NCBI GenBank assembly: GCA_963749495.1
Contig: CAVVMW010000005.1
Coordinates: forward strand, 128,001-192,000
Length of the DNA stretch: 64,000 nt
From: an uncultured bacterium
Lineage (GTDB): Bacteria; Verrucomicrobiota; Verrucomicrobiia; Limisphaerales; UBA8199
Direction of reading: 5' to 3'
In this document: in pieces, positions 50,386 to 61,700 of the stretch
How the letters are laid out: each line of letters opens with the position of its first letter
Position numbering within the stretch: the first letter of the stretch is position 1
The notes under the pieces: model-generated
The model's input: the letters and a program-made list of their open reading frames with translations, nothing else
Told to the model about the DNA's origin: nothing
The model's database searches: none
Made by a program: the position numbers and the translations under genes

Positions 50386-51002
50386 TACACGACGGACAAC
50401 CCGAAGTCAGTCAGGTTGAGGAGGGAAAGTCAACACCGGTCAAGCTGGTCCAGCGCCAGGGCAGTCAGCATGAACCCCTGGCCCACCTGCTGGCGCTCGA
50501 CGGCGCAGGCAACTTCCATGCTCGTGGCCATCATGCCGGTCGGCCCCGGCTCCAGTCGGCGCTGGCCCCGGCCTCCGGCTTCCTGGTTGAACCGGAGAAC
50601 TACCGGAGCCGCCCCATCGTCACGAAGCTAAACTGTCCAATTTGGACAGTTGAGGTCGTACCGCCGGGCTAAGGGCTGCCGCCAGCGCAGTGGGCAACCG
50701 GGCCGTCCCGGCGAAGCTGGCCCACCGCCAGCGCAAACAGGAGGACCAGCGGATTGGCTCCAGTCGGCAGCCCCTTCAACTGATAACCGTTTTCAGTTGA
50801 GGTTGAGCTGCCAGACTCGCCGCTGTCCGCCAGCGAGATTTTAGGCCAGTCCCGGCGGCGCTGGCCGAGCGGCGGGCGATGCTGTGGCCCTGTTGAAGTG
50901 TGTCGGGGTGGTAACCGCCATCGTGTGTCCCGAAAAACCGGATACTTGAAACCCGTGGGCAAGGCGGATAGATTACGAGAAACTGGGCCATGTTCGCGCA
51001 CC

Positions 51003-51533
51003 ATGAAAATTCCGGCACATTTTCCAAAATGGAACAGGACCACCGACGGCCTTGATGACGCGGCCCAATGGATGATGGACTGCGAGCGTTCTCGGTTGCC
51101 GCCCGACATAGTCTTCCCCTCTGCGGGGCAGGTTTGGGAGACAATTCGAGATTGCGAAGTGCGTTTTCATGCCCCTATTTCTCTCCGGTTAGAATCTGGT
51201 ACAGCGGGACTCCCCAAGGGCTTCGCGTCCTTCTCTACGTCCGACAGCACATTCTTCAAATCCTACATGATGCAGTTCGGTCTGGCCCAACTCCAGCGCG
51301 GCGAAAGAGTTCGTATCCTTGAGGTTGGTCCCAAGCCCATCGTGGTGGACTTTAGGCCGCTTCGCTACCACGAATTGCACGAGAGCATTGTGCCGGAGGA
51401 GACTCGCAGGAAACCGGGTTACCAAGGCTACACGCTACGAGTGAAAACAGCGAAGACCATCGCCGACTTCCGGGAGGAAATCTGCAAAACGTACTTCAAT
51501 GAGGCTTTCAGACTGGTCGAGGACGTAGCCTGA
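51003..51533 (+). CDS. Hypothetical protein
   Basis: Lower-GC ORF (MKIPAHFPKW...FPSAGQVWETIRDCEV...) between repeat modules. Confidence 0.65.
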   Translation: MKIPAHFPKWNRTTDGLDDAAQWMMDCERSRLPPDIVFPSAGQVWETIRDCEVRFHAPISLRLESGTAGLPKGFASFSTSDSTFFKSYMMQFGLAQLQRGERVRILEVGPKPIVVDFRPLRYHELHESIVPEETRRKPGYQGYTLRVKTAKTIADFREEICKTYFNEAFRLVEDVA

Positions 51534-51971
51534 AGCGACTAATGGGATACCAAAACGGCGAGGGCAACGTGACCCGTTTTCGCATGGCGGCAGTCTGCCA
51601 AGGCGGCGGCTCAAATCCAGAGTATTGCGCCGGTGTCGCCGATGCTCAACTGTCGAACGTTTACAGTTGAATGGGATGCCGCCGGGCTGGGGGCGCTGCC
51701 CGGCAGCGCGGTGGGAATCCGGGCGGTCCCGGCGACGCTGGCCCAAGAGTCAGGGCAGTCAGCATGGCTGGACGCTCGAACCGCCTCCGGCGGACCCGCA
51801 GGTCAGGGGGCGTGGGAGCCGGGAGGGGCGGCGCTTCGAGGGCCGGATGGTCAAGCTCCGCGAGGGCATCGGGAATACCGCTGAAACCCCAGCCCAACGA
51901 ACAGGGCACTGGTTGCCCCCCTGAGCATGAAGTTGCCGGACGAACCCTACCTTCCTTAGCCTTGCTGCTGA

Positions 51972-52289
51972 GTGTTCACGGAGCACGAGGCCGACCTGGA
52001 CGCGGAAGTCTCCGTTGACGCGCAGGCCGTGACGGTCAACAATCCCGGCGTGGAACCGACCTACACCGAGACGCAAGGCCAATACCTGGCGTTCATCTAC
52101 TACTACACCAAAATCCACGGCGTTCCCCCGGCTGAAGCCGACATGCAGCGCTACTTCAACGTGTCGGCCCCTTCGGTCCACAAGATGGTGGTTACCCTGG
52201 AGAAGCGGCGGCTCATCAGGCGCACTCCCGGCGCAAGCCGGTCGATTCAGCTTCTGCTGACTCGGGACCGACTGCCAGATTTGACGTAA
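51972..52289 (+). CDS. LexA-N/MarR-like winged-HTH protein (start uncertain, possibly 5'-truncated)
   Basis: YTETQGQYLAFIYYYTKIHGVPPAEADMQRYFNVSAPSVHKMVVTLEKRRLIRRTPGASRSI. Confidence 0.78.
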   Translation: MFTEHEADLDAEVSVDAQAVTVNNPGVEPTYTETQGQYLAFIYYYTKIHGVPPAEADMQRYFNVSAPSVHKMVVTLEKRRLIRRTPGASRSIQLLLTRDRLPDLT

Positions 52290-52462
52290 ACCGCCTGGCC
52301 CGAAAGAGCGGGTACAATTCAGAGGTCTTTCGTGCCAGTTTGTGCCAGCACCTGTTTTTGCCGTGAGCCTTGCCTTTTGGCGGGGTTACGGGGAATCTAA
52401 AAAATATTTGTTGACCGGCAACCACTTGCACGGACCAAAAGACACGAAATTCCGAAGGAAAT

Positions 52463-52500
52463 GAAAAAGCCGTTCCGCATCTCACGGAACGGCATTTTTC
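52463..52500. terminator. Bidirectional intrinsic terminator candidate
   Basis: AAAAA-GCCGTTCCG-loop-CGGAACGGC-ATTTTT between convergent genes. Confidence 0.65.
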
Positions 52501-52766
52501 AGCCCTGGCAATGATGGACTTGCCTAGGCCGTAAAGGGGCTGCCGCAGGCGCAATCGCGGCGCGAGACGACGGCGAGCGGCTCGCCTGAAATCCGCGCGG
52601 GTCCATCGGTTGCCGCGGCTTCCATTTAAAGTCTGGGTGAGCCTAATGCTTCTGGCCCGGGTTGTCAACGATTTTCCGCCCCATGGGCACAGAATCATCA
52701 TCGCAGAACCATTGTTGGCAAAATCATGAGAAGGAAAACGCATGTTGGATTCATCCTGCCTCCGTC

Positions 52767-55700
52767 TCACGGCTCCAGCGTGGTTCGATAGACGCGTCCG
52801 GGTGCGCACAGGCTCGCCGAATCGAGGAACAGAAACGGGCTGGCAGGGAGCGTCAGGTTCGTCAACACCTGCCAGTTGGTCCAGCCCGTCGCGGCCGAGA
52901 CGACCTCGACGAGAACCCGGCTGCCCGCCGGCTCGGGCAGCCACCAGCCGTTGAGCCAGCCGGCGGCGCTGAATCGCAACGGGTCCGCCGCGTTCAGCCG
53001 ATAGAAACGCGCGGCATCGGCGGGGTCCAGTTCCACGTAGAGTTGGGTCGTCCCGCTGGACGGGTAATTGCTCAGCGAGTGCCAGGACGCCGCGGCGCCC
53101 AATTGCCGGGTGGCTTCCAGGCTCACCGGCCCGCCGCTCCCGCCTTCCCATTTCAAGCCGATGAACGACTGGGGATCGACATTGCTGACCACGGCGGGGA
53201 TGGGCTGGCTCGTCACCTGGCCCAAGCGGTTGCTGGCGACCAGCGTGTAGAGGCCCTCCGCGGCCCGGGTGACGGACAGCAGGGTCAAGGTCGCCTGGGT
53301 TGCGCCGGAAATCGGCTGGCCGTTGAAGAACCAGAGGAGGCTTGGCGCAGGCAGACCAGCCACTTCCACACCGATCTGGCATGTCGCGCCTTCCCTCAGC
53401 AGCGCCTGTGAAGGTTGCCACAGTATCTTGGGAGCGAAAGGCAGGTGCTGGCCGCTATTCTGCGCGTTCTGGCGGAATTTGGGCCACGGACTATCCGCCA
53501 GCCCGCCGAGGCTGCTGCTCTCAAGCGCATAAAAACTGCCGTCGTTCGACCCAATATAGATGGTCCCGTCGGTTCCAATCGCCGGGGAGGCGTCCACCCA
53601 CATCCCGGTCGCGAACTCCCATTTCTCCTGGCCGGTGGCGCCGTCCAGCGCATAGACCCGCGTGTCAGACCAGCTCCCGCCGAGCCAGCCGCCCGAACCC
53701 ACATAGAGCGTGCCATCGGCCCCAAGCGCGGGAGACGAACCGACATTGCCGCCGGTGGCAAAGGCCCACTTCCGGAGGCCGGTCGTCCCGTCCAAGGCAT
53801 AGACCTTCCCGTCCTCCGACCCGACGTACACCGTGCCATCCGCTCCGATTATCGGCGAGGAGTTCACTTCACGTCCGGTCAGGAACTCCCACTCCTCCTG
53901 GCCCGTGGCGCCGTCCAGCGCATAGACCTTGTCGTCCCACGACCCGATATAGAGCGTCCCGTCGTCACCAAGCGCCGGCGAGGAAGACACTTTGCTCCCG
54001 GTCGCAAACTCCCATTTCTTTTGGCCCGTGGTTCCGTCGAGGGCATAGACCCTCCCGTCCCACGACCCGAAATAGACCGTGCCGTCGTCACCAAGCGCCG
54101 GTGAAGAACTCACCGAGTTCCCAGCCAGGAACTCCCATTTCTTTTGCCCGGTGGCGCCGTCCAAGGCGTACACTCTTTGATCCTGTGACCCGACAAAGAC
54201 CGTGCCGTCGTCCCCAATCGCCGGCGAGGAATACACAAAGGCGCCGGTCGGGAACGCCCATTTCTTATTGCCCGTAATGCCGTCCAGGGCATAGACATTG
54301 AAGTCATCCGACCCGAAATAGACCGTGCCGTCGGCCCCAATCGCCGGGCAGGAATAGACATGATTGCCGGTCGGGACCGCCCATTTCTCTTGGCCTGTGA
54401 CCGGGTCGAGCGCATAAACCCACTTGTCCAGCGAACCGATGTAGATGGTCCCGTCCTGCCCAATCCCCGCGCTGCAAGAGACTTGCCCCCAAGTCTGGAA
54501 TGCCCATTTCAGCGTGCCTGGCTTGGTCGAGAACACCGCCTCGACGCGCTTGGACCCGTCCATCATCAGCGTGAGCGGATTGTTGGTGCCCGAGGCGTCT
54601 CCTTGCCAGCCCACGAACGTGCAGCCGGCGCCGGGTGTCGCGGTCAACTGGACCGTCTGCCCGGGTGCATAAACGTCCAGCGCGGGCGCCGCCTGGATGC
54701 TGCCCATGCCGTTGGTCGTGGTGAGGGTCAACGAATAGCCTACCACCACCTGCGCCACTTGCGAGGCCGCCCCGCCCATGGAATTGCTCACCGTCACCCA
54801 GTAGTCCCCGCTGTCACTCAAGGCCGCGTTGGTCACGCTGAGGACGCTGAGGACCGCGCCGGAAACGGACTGGCCGGCGTGATACCATTGGTAGGTCAAA
54901 GGCAGGCTGCTGCTGGCCGAAACCTGGAGTGTGAAGTTCGTTCCCACCGGCACGCGGAGCCCGGCGGGCTGCTGGGTGATCTGTGGGGGGGTGTTTGTCG
55001 GGGGCGGCGGGCTAACCAGGGCCAAGTTGTGCCCACCTCCCGCCGCGATGGCAATCACACCGCTGAGACCGCTGCGCACCGTCGCCTCGCCATAATAATT
55101 GTCACCCCAGGCGACGACGGTCCCGTCCTGCTTGAGCGCCAGGCTGTGGAAGGACCCCGCCGCGATGGCGATCACCCCGCTCAAACCGCTGGGCACCGCC
55201 GTTTGGCCGGACTTATTGGCGCCCCAGGCGACGACGGTTCCGTCCTGCTTAAGCGCCAGGCTGTGTTCCTCTCCCCCCGCGACGGCAATCACCCCGCTCA
55301 GACCGGCGGGCACCGTCGCCTCGCCATAATAATTGTCACCCCAGGCGACGACCGTCCCGTCCTGCTTGACCGCCAGACTGTGCATGGCGCCTCCGGCGAT
55401 GGCGATCACTCCACTCAGATCGTTTGGCACCTTCGCCTGGCCATAATTATAATTCGGAGATCCAGATGGGCCTGGCTCACCCGCACCCCAGGCGAGAACC
55501 GTCCCGTCCTGCCTGAGCGCCAAGTTGTGGAAATATCCCGCCGCAATGCCAATCACGCCGCTGAGACCGCTGGGCACCGCTGCCTCGCCATAGTCATTGA
55601 ACCCCCACGCCACGATGGTCCCGTCCTGCGCGAGCGCCAGGCTGTGACCCGTTCCCCCAGCGATGGCAACCACTCCGCTCAGATCCTTTGGAACCGTCGT

Positions 55701-58670
55701 TTCGCCGGCCCCATTCGATCCCCACGCGACCACCGTCCCGTCTTGCCTGAGCGCCAGGCTGTGACTGTAGCCCGCTGCGACCGCAGTCACTCCGCTCAGG
55801 CCGGGGGGCACATTGGTTTGGCCGGAGGAATTGTCACCCCAGGCAACCACTGTTCCAGCAGGCCGAAGCGAGAAAACCGCGGTCACCTGCTTGAACCCGT
55901 CCATGCTCAGCGTGACGGGATTGTTGGTGCCCGAGGCGTCCCCTTGCCAGCCCAGGAACGTGTGGCCGGCGCCCGGGATGGCGGCCAACTGGACCGTTTG
56001 GCCGGGCTCATACACCTCCGGCGCCGGCGTCGCTTGGATGCTGCCACCGCCGTTGGTCGTGAGGGTCAACACGTAACCCACGACCACGTGCGCCACTTGC
56101 GAGGTCGCCACACCCACCGAATTGCTCACCGTCACCTGGTAGTCGCCGCTGTCGCTCAAGGCCGCGTTGGTCACACTGAACACATCGCTAATCGCCCCGG
56201 AAACGGGCTGGCCCGTGTGGAACCATTGATAGGCCAAAGGCCAACTGCCGCTGGCCGCGACCGAGAGCGTGAAGTTCGCTCCGAGCGGCACACGTACGCC
56301 AGCGGGCTGTTGTGTGAGCTGCGGGGCCATGTTTGTCGGGGCCGGCGCTGCGGTGAAAGCCAGCGTGCGGATGCAGATCGCCCCGGCGGCGTTGGTGGCT
56401 GAAAGCCGGAATAGGTACAAGTCGGCGACATCGGGCGTGAAAGTGGGATTGCGGACATTGGCGGCGGAGAGCGAGGCGGACGACGCGGAGGGGGCGCGGA
56501 TCAGGCGCCATTGCCAGGCCACGGCGGTTTGCGGGCTGGTATCCAGTTGGCGCAACTGCCCCACCGGCCCGAGAGCCAGGTCAATTGTGGGCGCGTCGGG
56601 GCAGGTCTTCGTTGTGCCAATCCGAATCGTGCTGTTGTAGGTGTCCGCCACATACACGTTGTCCGCGCTGTCCACTGCCACGCCGTATGGCTCGTCGAAC
56701 CGCGCCGCGCTGCCCGTGCCGTCGGCGCCGCCCCAGGTTCCCGCCAGGCCCGCCAGTGTCGTGACCATCCCGCCCGGTGTCACCTTCCGAATCGTGGAGG
56801 TGCCCATGTCGGCCACATAGACGATACCCGCGCTGTCCACGGCCACGCCGTGTGGAGCCGCGAACCGCGCCGCGCTTCCCGTGCCGTCGTTCGTGCCCGA
56901 CGTTCCCGGCAGGCCCGCCAGGGTCGTGACCACGCCGCCCGGCGTCACCTTCCTGATCGTGGAGTTCCCGGTGTCCGCTACATCCACGTTGCCCGCGCTG
57001 TCCACCGCCACGCTCTGCGGGTAGTAGAACCGCGCCGCGCTTCCCGTGCCATCGGCGCTGCCCTGGCTTCCCGCCAGGCCCGCCAGCGTCGTCACCACCC
57101 CGCCCGGCGTCACCTTCCGAATCGTGTTGTTGTCGGCGTCCGCCACGTACACGTTGCCCGCGCTGTCCACCGCCACGCCGGATGGCCCCCAAAACCGCGC
57201 CGCGCTGCCCGTGCCGTCGGCGCTGCCGCTGGTTCCCGCCAGGCCCGCCACCGTCGTCACTGCGCAGCCTGGTGTCACCTTCCGAATCGTGTTGTTCCAG
57301 GTGTCCGCCACGTACACGTTGTCCGCGCTGTCCACCGCGACCCCGCCGGGCTGCTGGAACCGCGCCGCGCTGCCCGTGCCGTCGGCGCTGCCCCAGACTC
57401 CCGCCAGGCCCGCCAGCGTCGTCACCACCCCGCCCGGCGTCACCTTCCGAACCGTGAGGTTGTAGGTGTCCGCCACATAAACGTTGCCCGCGCTGTCCAC
57501 GGCCGCGCCGTATGGAATGTAGAAGCGCGCCGCGCTGCCCGTGCCGTCCGCGCTGCCACCGATTCCGGTTAGGCCTGCCAGCGTCGTGACCACCCCGCCG
57601 GGCGTCACCTTGCGAATCGTGCAGTTGCCGTTGTCGGCCACATAGACGATGCCCGCGCTGTCCACCGCCACGCCGCATGGGCCGCTGAACCGCGCGGCGC
57701 TGCCCGTGCCGTCGGCGCTGCCAGGGCTTGCCGCCAGGCCCGCCAAGGTGCTGACTGCCCCGGCCGGCGTCACCTTCCGAATCGAGTAGTTATTGGCGTC
57801 GGCGACATAGACGTTGCCCGCGCTGTCCACCGCCACGCTCTGCGGGTAGCAGAACCGCGCCGCGCTTCCCGTGCCATCGGTGCTGCCCTGGCTTCCCGCC
57901 AGGCCCGCCAGCGTCGTCACCACCCCGCCCGGCGTCACCTTGCGAATCGTGCTGTTAACGGTGTCCGCCACATACACATTGCCCGCGCTGTCCACTGCCA
58001 CGCCGGATGGTTGGTTGAACCCGCCTGCCAGCGTCGTGACCACCCCGCCTGGTGTCACCTTCCTGATCGTGGAGTTCCCGGTGTCCGCCACGTACACGTT
58101 GTCCGCGCTGTCCACCGCGACCCCGGCTGGCTGGCTGAACCGCGCCGCGCTCCCCGGGCCGTCCGCGCTGCCGTAGCTTCCCGCCAAGCCCGCCAGCGTC
58201 GTCACCTCCCCGCCCGGTGTCACCTTCCGGATCGTGTTGTTATCGCTGTCGGCGACATAGACGTTGCCCGCGCTGTCCACCGCCACGCGCCACGGGCCGT
58301 TGAACCGCGCCGCGCCGCCCGTGCCGTCGGCGCTGCCCGAGTTTCCCGCCAGGCCCGCCAGCGTCGTGACCACGCCCCCAGGCGTCACCTTCCGAATCGT
58401 GTTGTTGCCGGAGTCCGCCACATAGACGTTGCCGGCGCTGTCCACCGCAACGCCTTGTGGAAGGTCGAACCGCGTGGCGCTGCCGGTGCCGTCAATCGCG
58501 CCCAGGCCGGCTTCCGGCGGGCCGGCCAAGGTGACGAAGGTGTATTCCTGCGCTGGGGCGTGAGTGGCCGCCGCCAGGGCCAGGCCGGCCAGGAGGAGAC
58601 TTGTGGATAAATGAGTCGCGATGCTTTTCACAATTCGGTGGAGGGTTGAGCGTTGAAAGTCCAGGCTCAT
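52767..58670 (-). CDS. Giant secreted modular protein: NHL repeats, Ig, InlB-B-like, RCC1 repeats, Ig, InlB-B-like, PQQ-type propeller, Ig
   Basis: GVAVDSAGNVYVAD (about 12 copies); HSLALKQDGTVVAWG; SSPAIGDDGTVYVGS-D-VYALDG; PQITQQP...YQWY...DSGDY. Confidence 0.92.
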   Translation of the reverse strand: MSLDFQRSTLHRIVKSIATHLSTSLLLAGLALAAATHAPAQEYTFVTLAGPPEAGLGAIDGTGSATRFDLPQGVAVDSAGNVYVADSGNNTIRKVTPGGVVTTLAGLAGNSGSADGTGGAARFNGPWRVAVDSAGNVYVADSDNNTIRKVTPGGEVTTLAGLAGSYGSADGPGSAARFSQPAGVAVDSADNVYVADTGNSTIRKVTPGGVVTTLAGGFNQPSGVAVDSAGNVYVADTVNSTIRKVTPGGVVTTLAGLAGSQGSTDGTGSAARFCYPQSVAVDSAGNVYVADANNYSIRKVTPAGAVSTLAGLAASPGSADGTGSAARFSGPCGVAVDSAGIVYVADNGNCTIRKVTPGGVVTTLAGLTGIGGSADGTGSAARFYIPYGAAVDSAGNVYVADTYNLTVRKVTPGGVVTTLAGLAGVWGSADGTGSAARFQQPGGVAVDSADNVYVADTWNNTIRKVTPGCAVTTVAGLAGTSGSADGTGSAARFWGPSGVAVDSAGNVYVADADNNTIRKVTPGGVVTTLAGLAGSQGSADGTGSAARFYYPQSVAVDSAGNVDVADTGNSTIRKVTPGGVVTTLAGLPGTSGTNDGTGSAARFAAPHGVAVDSAGIVYVADMGTSTIRKVTPGGMVTTLAGLAGTWGGADGTGSAARFDEPYGVAVDSADNVYVADTYNSTIRIGTTKTCPDAPTIDLALGPVGQLRQLDTSPQTAVAWQWRLIRAPSASSASLSAANVRNPTFTPDVADLYLFRLSATNAAGAICIRTLAFTAAPAPTNMAPQLTQQPAGVRVPLGANFTLSVAASGSWPLAYQWFHTGQPVSGAISDVFSVTNAALSDSGDYQVTVSNSVGVATSQVAHVVVGYVLTLTTNGGGSIQATPAPEVYEPGQTVQLAAIPGAGHTFLGWQGDASGTNNPVTLSMDGFKQVTAVFSLRPAGTVVAWGDNSSGQTNVPPGLSGVTAVAAGYSHSLALRQDGTVVAWGSNGAGETTVPKDLSGVVAIAGGTGHSLALAQDGTIVAWGFNDYGEAAVPSGLSGVIGIAAGYFHNLALRQDGTVLAWGAGEPGPSGSPNYNYGQAKVPNDLSGVIAIAGGAMHSLAVKQDGTVVAWGDNYYGEATVPAGLSGVIAVAGGEEHSLALKQDGTVVAWGANKSGQTAVPSGLSGVIAIAAGSFHSLALKQDGTVVAWGDNYYGEATVRSGLSGVIAIAAGGGHNLALVSPPPPTNTPPQITQQPAGLRVPVGTNFTLQVSASSSLPLTYQWYHAGQSVSGAVLSVLSVTNAALSDSGDYWVTVSNSMGGAASQVAQVVVGYSLTLTTTNGMGSIQAAPALDVYAPGQTVQLTATPGAGCTFVGWQGDASGTNNPLTLMMDGSKRVEAVFSTKPGTLKWAFQTWGQVSCSAGIGQDGTIYIGSLDKWVYALDPVTGQEKWAVPTGNHVYSCPAIGADGTVYFGSDDFNVYALDGITGNKKWAFPTGAFVYSSPAIGDDGTVFVGSQDQRVYALDGATGQKKWEFLAGNSVSSSPALGDDGTVYFGSWDGRVYALDGTTGQKKWEFATGSKVSSSPALGDDGTLYIGSWDDKVYALDGATGQEEWEFLTGREVNSSPIIGADGTVYVGSEDGKVYALDGTTGLRKWAFATGGNVGSSPALGADGTLYVGSGGWLGGSWSDTRVYALDGATGQEKWEFATGMWVDASPAIGTDGTIYIGSNDGSFYALESSSLGGLADSPWPKFRQNAQNSGQHLPFAPKILWQPSQALLREGATCQIGVEVAGLPAPSLLWFFNGQPISGATQATLTLLSVTRAAEGLYTLVASNRLGQVTSQPIPAVVSNVDPQSFIGLKWEGGSGGPVSLEATRQLGAAASWHSLSNYPSSGTTQLYVELDPADAARFYRLNAADPLRFSAAGWLNGWWLPEPAGSRVLVEVVSAATGWTNWQVLTNLTLPASPFLFLDSASLCAPGRVYRTTLEP

Positions 58671-58703
58671 GCTTGGTTCATGACCACTAAGGCGGGCCGC
58701 TCG

Positions 58704-61700
58704 TTAGGGCGCCGGCACGAGCCGGTAGAGCCGGGGCGGCTGGCGCCACATGGTGGTGTCGAAGTAAGGTTGCGTCGTGTTGGTCAAGGTGATCGTTTGC
58801 AACGTCACCCAGGCGTCGGTCGGGCCGAATTGGTTGATGTAATCAATCCGCAAGTTGCTGCCAACCGCCCCGGTGAGCGTGAGCTCCGTGGCCATGCTCA
58901 TGGCCAGCGATGGGATCACGGTCGGCGCGTTCGTTTGCCAGGCACGATAGAACCGATGCGGCGGCAGCGGATCGGAGACATCGAGGTAGAGTTGTGGTGT
59001 GTTGGTCAGCGTAACCGTGTGGAGGCGCTGCCAGGCCGAGCCGAGGCCAAGTGCGTCCGCATAACTCAGGTTGAACACGCTGCCAGAGGCCGGCGCTCAA
59101 GTCGAGCGCGGCGACCGTCCTTCGCGGAACGGGCGCAATCACCATCAAGGTGGTGGGATCGCTAGCGATGGCACCATAAAGGTTGGTGATGACGACAGTA
59201 TAGACGCCCGACTGCGAGGCTTGGACATTGGTCAGGACTAAGAGAGAGCCGGCGCTACCGCTTAGTGCATTGGTCCCGTCGACAAACCATTGATAACCCA
59301 GGGGCGGAGTGCCATCGGCCGATGCGTAAAGGCTGACTGTCGAACCAGTTTCTGCCGTCTGAGCTTGGGGGGACTGAGCTAGAGACGGAGCAAGCCGGCC
59401 GTAAGACACCAGGGCCAGGCTGTCAGGGAATGCCGCAGTGACCGCAATGACCCCGGTTTCCGACAGGCCTGCAGGCACTACCGCCGAGCCGAAGTCGTTG
59501 CCTCCCCAGGCGACCACCGTGCCGTCGTGTTTGAGCGCCACGTCGTGCCACCCTCCCGCGGCGATCGCCCTCACGCCGCTCAGACCCGCCGGTGCCGTCA
59601 CGTCTCCCCACTCGACAACCGTCCCGTCCTGCTTGAGGGCCAGGCTGTGATCCTCTCCCGCCGCGATGGCCACGACCCCGCGAAGACCGCTGGGCACGAT
59701 CGTGGCGGGATCGAGCAACCTCGGAAACGCGACAACGGTGCCATCTTGGTTGAGCACTAGGCTGAAAGACTCCCCGGCCGCGATGGCAATGACGCCGGTC
59801 AAGCCGCTGGGCACCGTCCCCTCGCCGTCCAGATTACTTCCCCAGGCGACGACCGTCCCGTCCTGCTTGAGGGCCAGGCTGTGCAATCGTCCCGCCGCGA
59901 TGGCCGTCACGCTGCTCAGATTGGCGGGCACCGTCACCTGGCCATAACTATTGTCGCCCCAAGCGATGACGGTGCCGTCCTGCTTGAGTGCCAGGCTGAA
60001 AGACTCCCCGGCCGCGACGGCAATCACGCCGGTCAAGCCGCTGGGCACCGTCCCCTCGCCGGCCAGATTATTATTTCCCCAGGCGACGACTGTCCCGTCC
60101 TGCTTGAGGGCCAGGCTGTGATCCTCTCCCGCCGCGAGCGCAATTGCGTCAGTGAGCGTGCCGGGCACCATCAACTGGCCACCAGTGTTGTCACCCCACG
60201 CGATGACTGTTCCGTCCTGCTTGAGCGCCAGGCTGAGAAGGTCGCCCGCCGCGAGCGCGATCACGCCGCGGAGACCGGCGGGCACCGCGCACTGGCCATT
60301 GGCATTGGCTCCCCAGGCAACGAGCGTCCCGTCCTGCGTGAGCGCCAGGCTGTGGTACTCTCCGGCGGCGATAGCCGCCACCCGCCCCAGGCCGCCGGGG
60401 ACCACCGATTGGCCGTAGTAATCGCCCTGCTCGTCCCCGTTGCTTCCCCACGCAACGACTGTTCCGTCCTGCTTGAGCGCCAGGCTGTGATCGCCTCCGG
60501 CAGCAATCGCGATGACCCCGCTCAGGCCGGAAGGCGCCGTCGCCTGACCCAGGTGGTTGCCTGTGCGATCGGCGTTGCTTCCCCACGCGACGACCGTCCC
60601 GTCCTGCTTGAGCACCAGGCTGTGAAACGCCCCGGCGGCGATGGCTGCCACGCCGCTCAGACCATCGGGCACCGTGGCTTGGCCACAGGAGTTACCATTA
60701 TAGTCAGAATTCCATCCCCAGGCGACGACCCTCCCGTCTTTGGTGAGGGCCAGGCTGTGAGCGTATCCCGCCGCGACGGCAATCACTCCCTTCAGACCGG
60801 CGGGCACCGTTGACTGGCCGTAAGTGTTGTCGCCCCACGCGACAACCGTTCCGTCCTCCTTGCACGCCAGGCTGTGAAAAGCCCCGGCGGCGACTCCAAT
60901 TACCCCGCTCACGCCGGCAGGCACCGTCGCCTCGCCATAAACACTTCTTCCCCACGCGGCGACGGAGCCGTCCTGGGCGAGCGCCAGGCTGTGATTGGCC
61001 CCACCCGCGACCGCCTTGTACCGCGTCCCCGGCGCAACCAACGGGATGACCGGAGTGCCCCAACTGACCACAGTCCCAGCCGGCAGCGCCGAGAAGAGCG
61101 CCTGCACCTGCTTGGGCGAATCCATCACTAGGCTGACGGCATTGGCGGTGCATGAAACGTCCCCCTGCCAGCACACAAAGGTGCGGCCGGCAGCGGGGGT
61201 GGCGGTCAACTGGACCGTTTGCCCCGGTTCGAAGACCTCCAGCGCGGGGGCCGCCTCGATGATGCCCACGCCATTGGTCGCGAGCCCCAACCCGTAACCT
61301 ACCATCACCTGCGCCACCTGCGAGGTCGCCCCGCCCAAGGAGTTGCTCACCGTCACCTGGTAGTCCCCGCCGTCACCAAAGGCCGCGTTGGTCACACTGA
61401 GGACGCTCAGGACCGCGCCGGAAACGGGCTGGCCGGCGTGATACCATTGGTACGTCAACGGCGGGCTGCCCTTGGCCGACACGCGAAGCGTAAAGTCGGT
61501 TCCCACTGGCACGCGGACCCCGGTGGGTTGTTCCGTGATCTGCGGCGGTCCGACTTGAGGGCCGACGTAAACCACGGCCAGGCTGCAAGACAACCCGGCC
61601 GCAATGGCAACCACCCCACTCAAACCGCTGGGCACCGCGCATTGGCCGTCCCCATTCTCTCCCCACGCGACAACTGTTCCGTCCAGCTTGAGCGCCAGGC

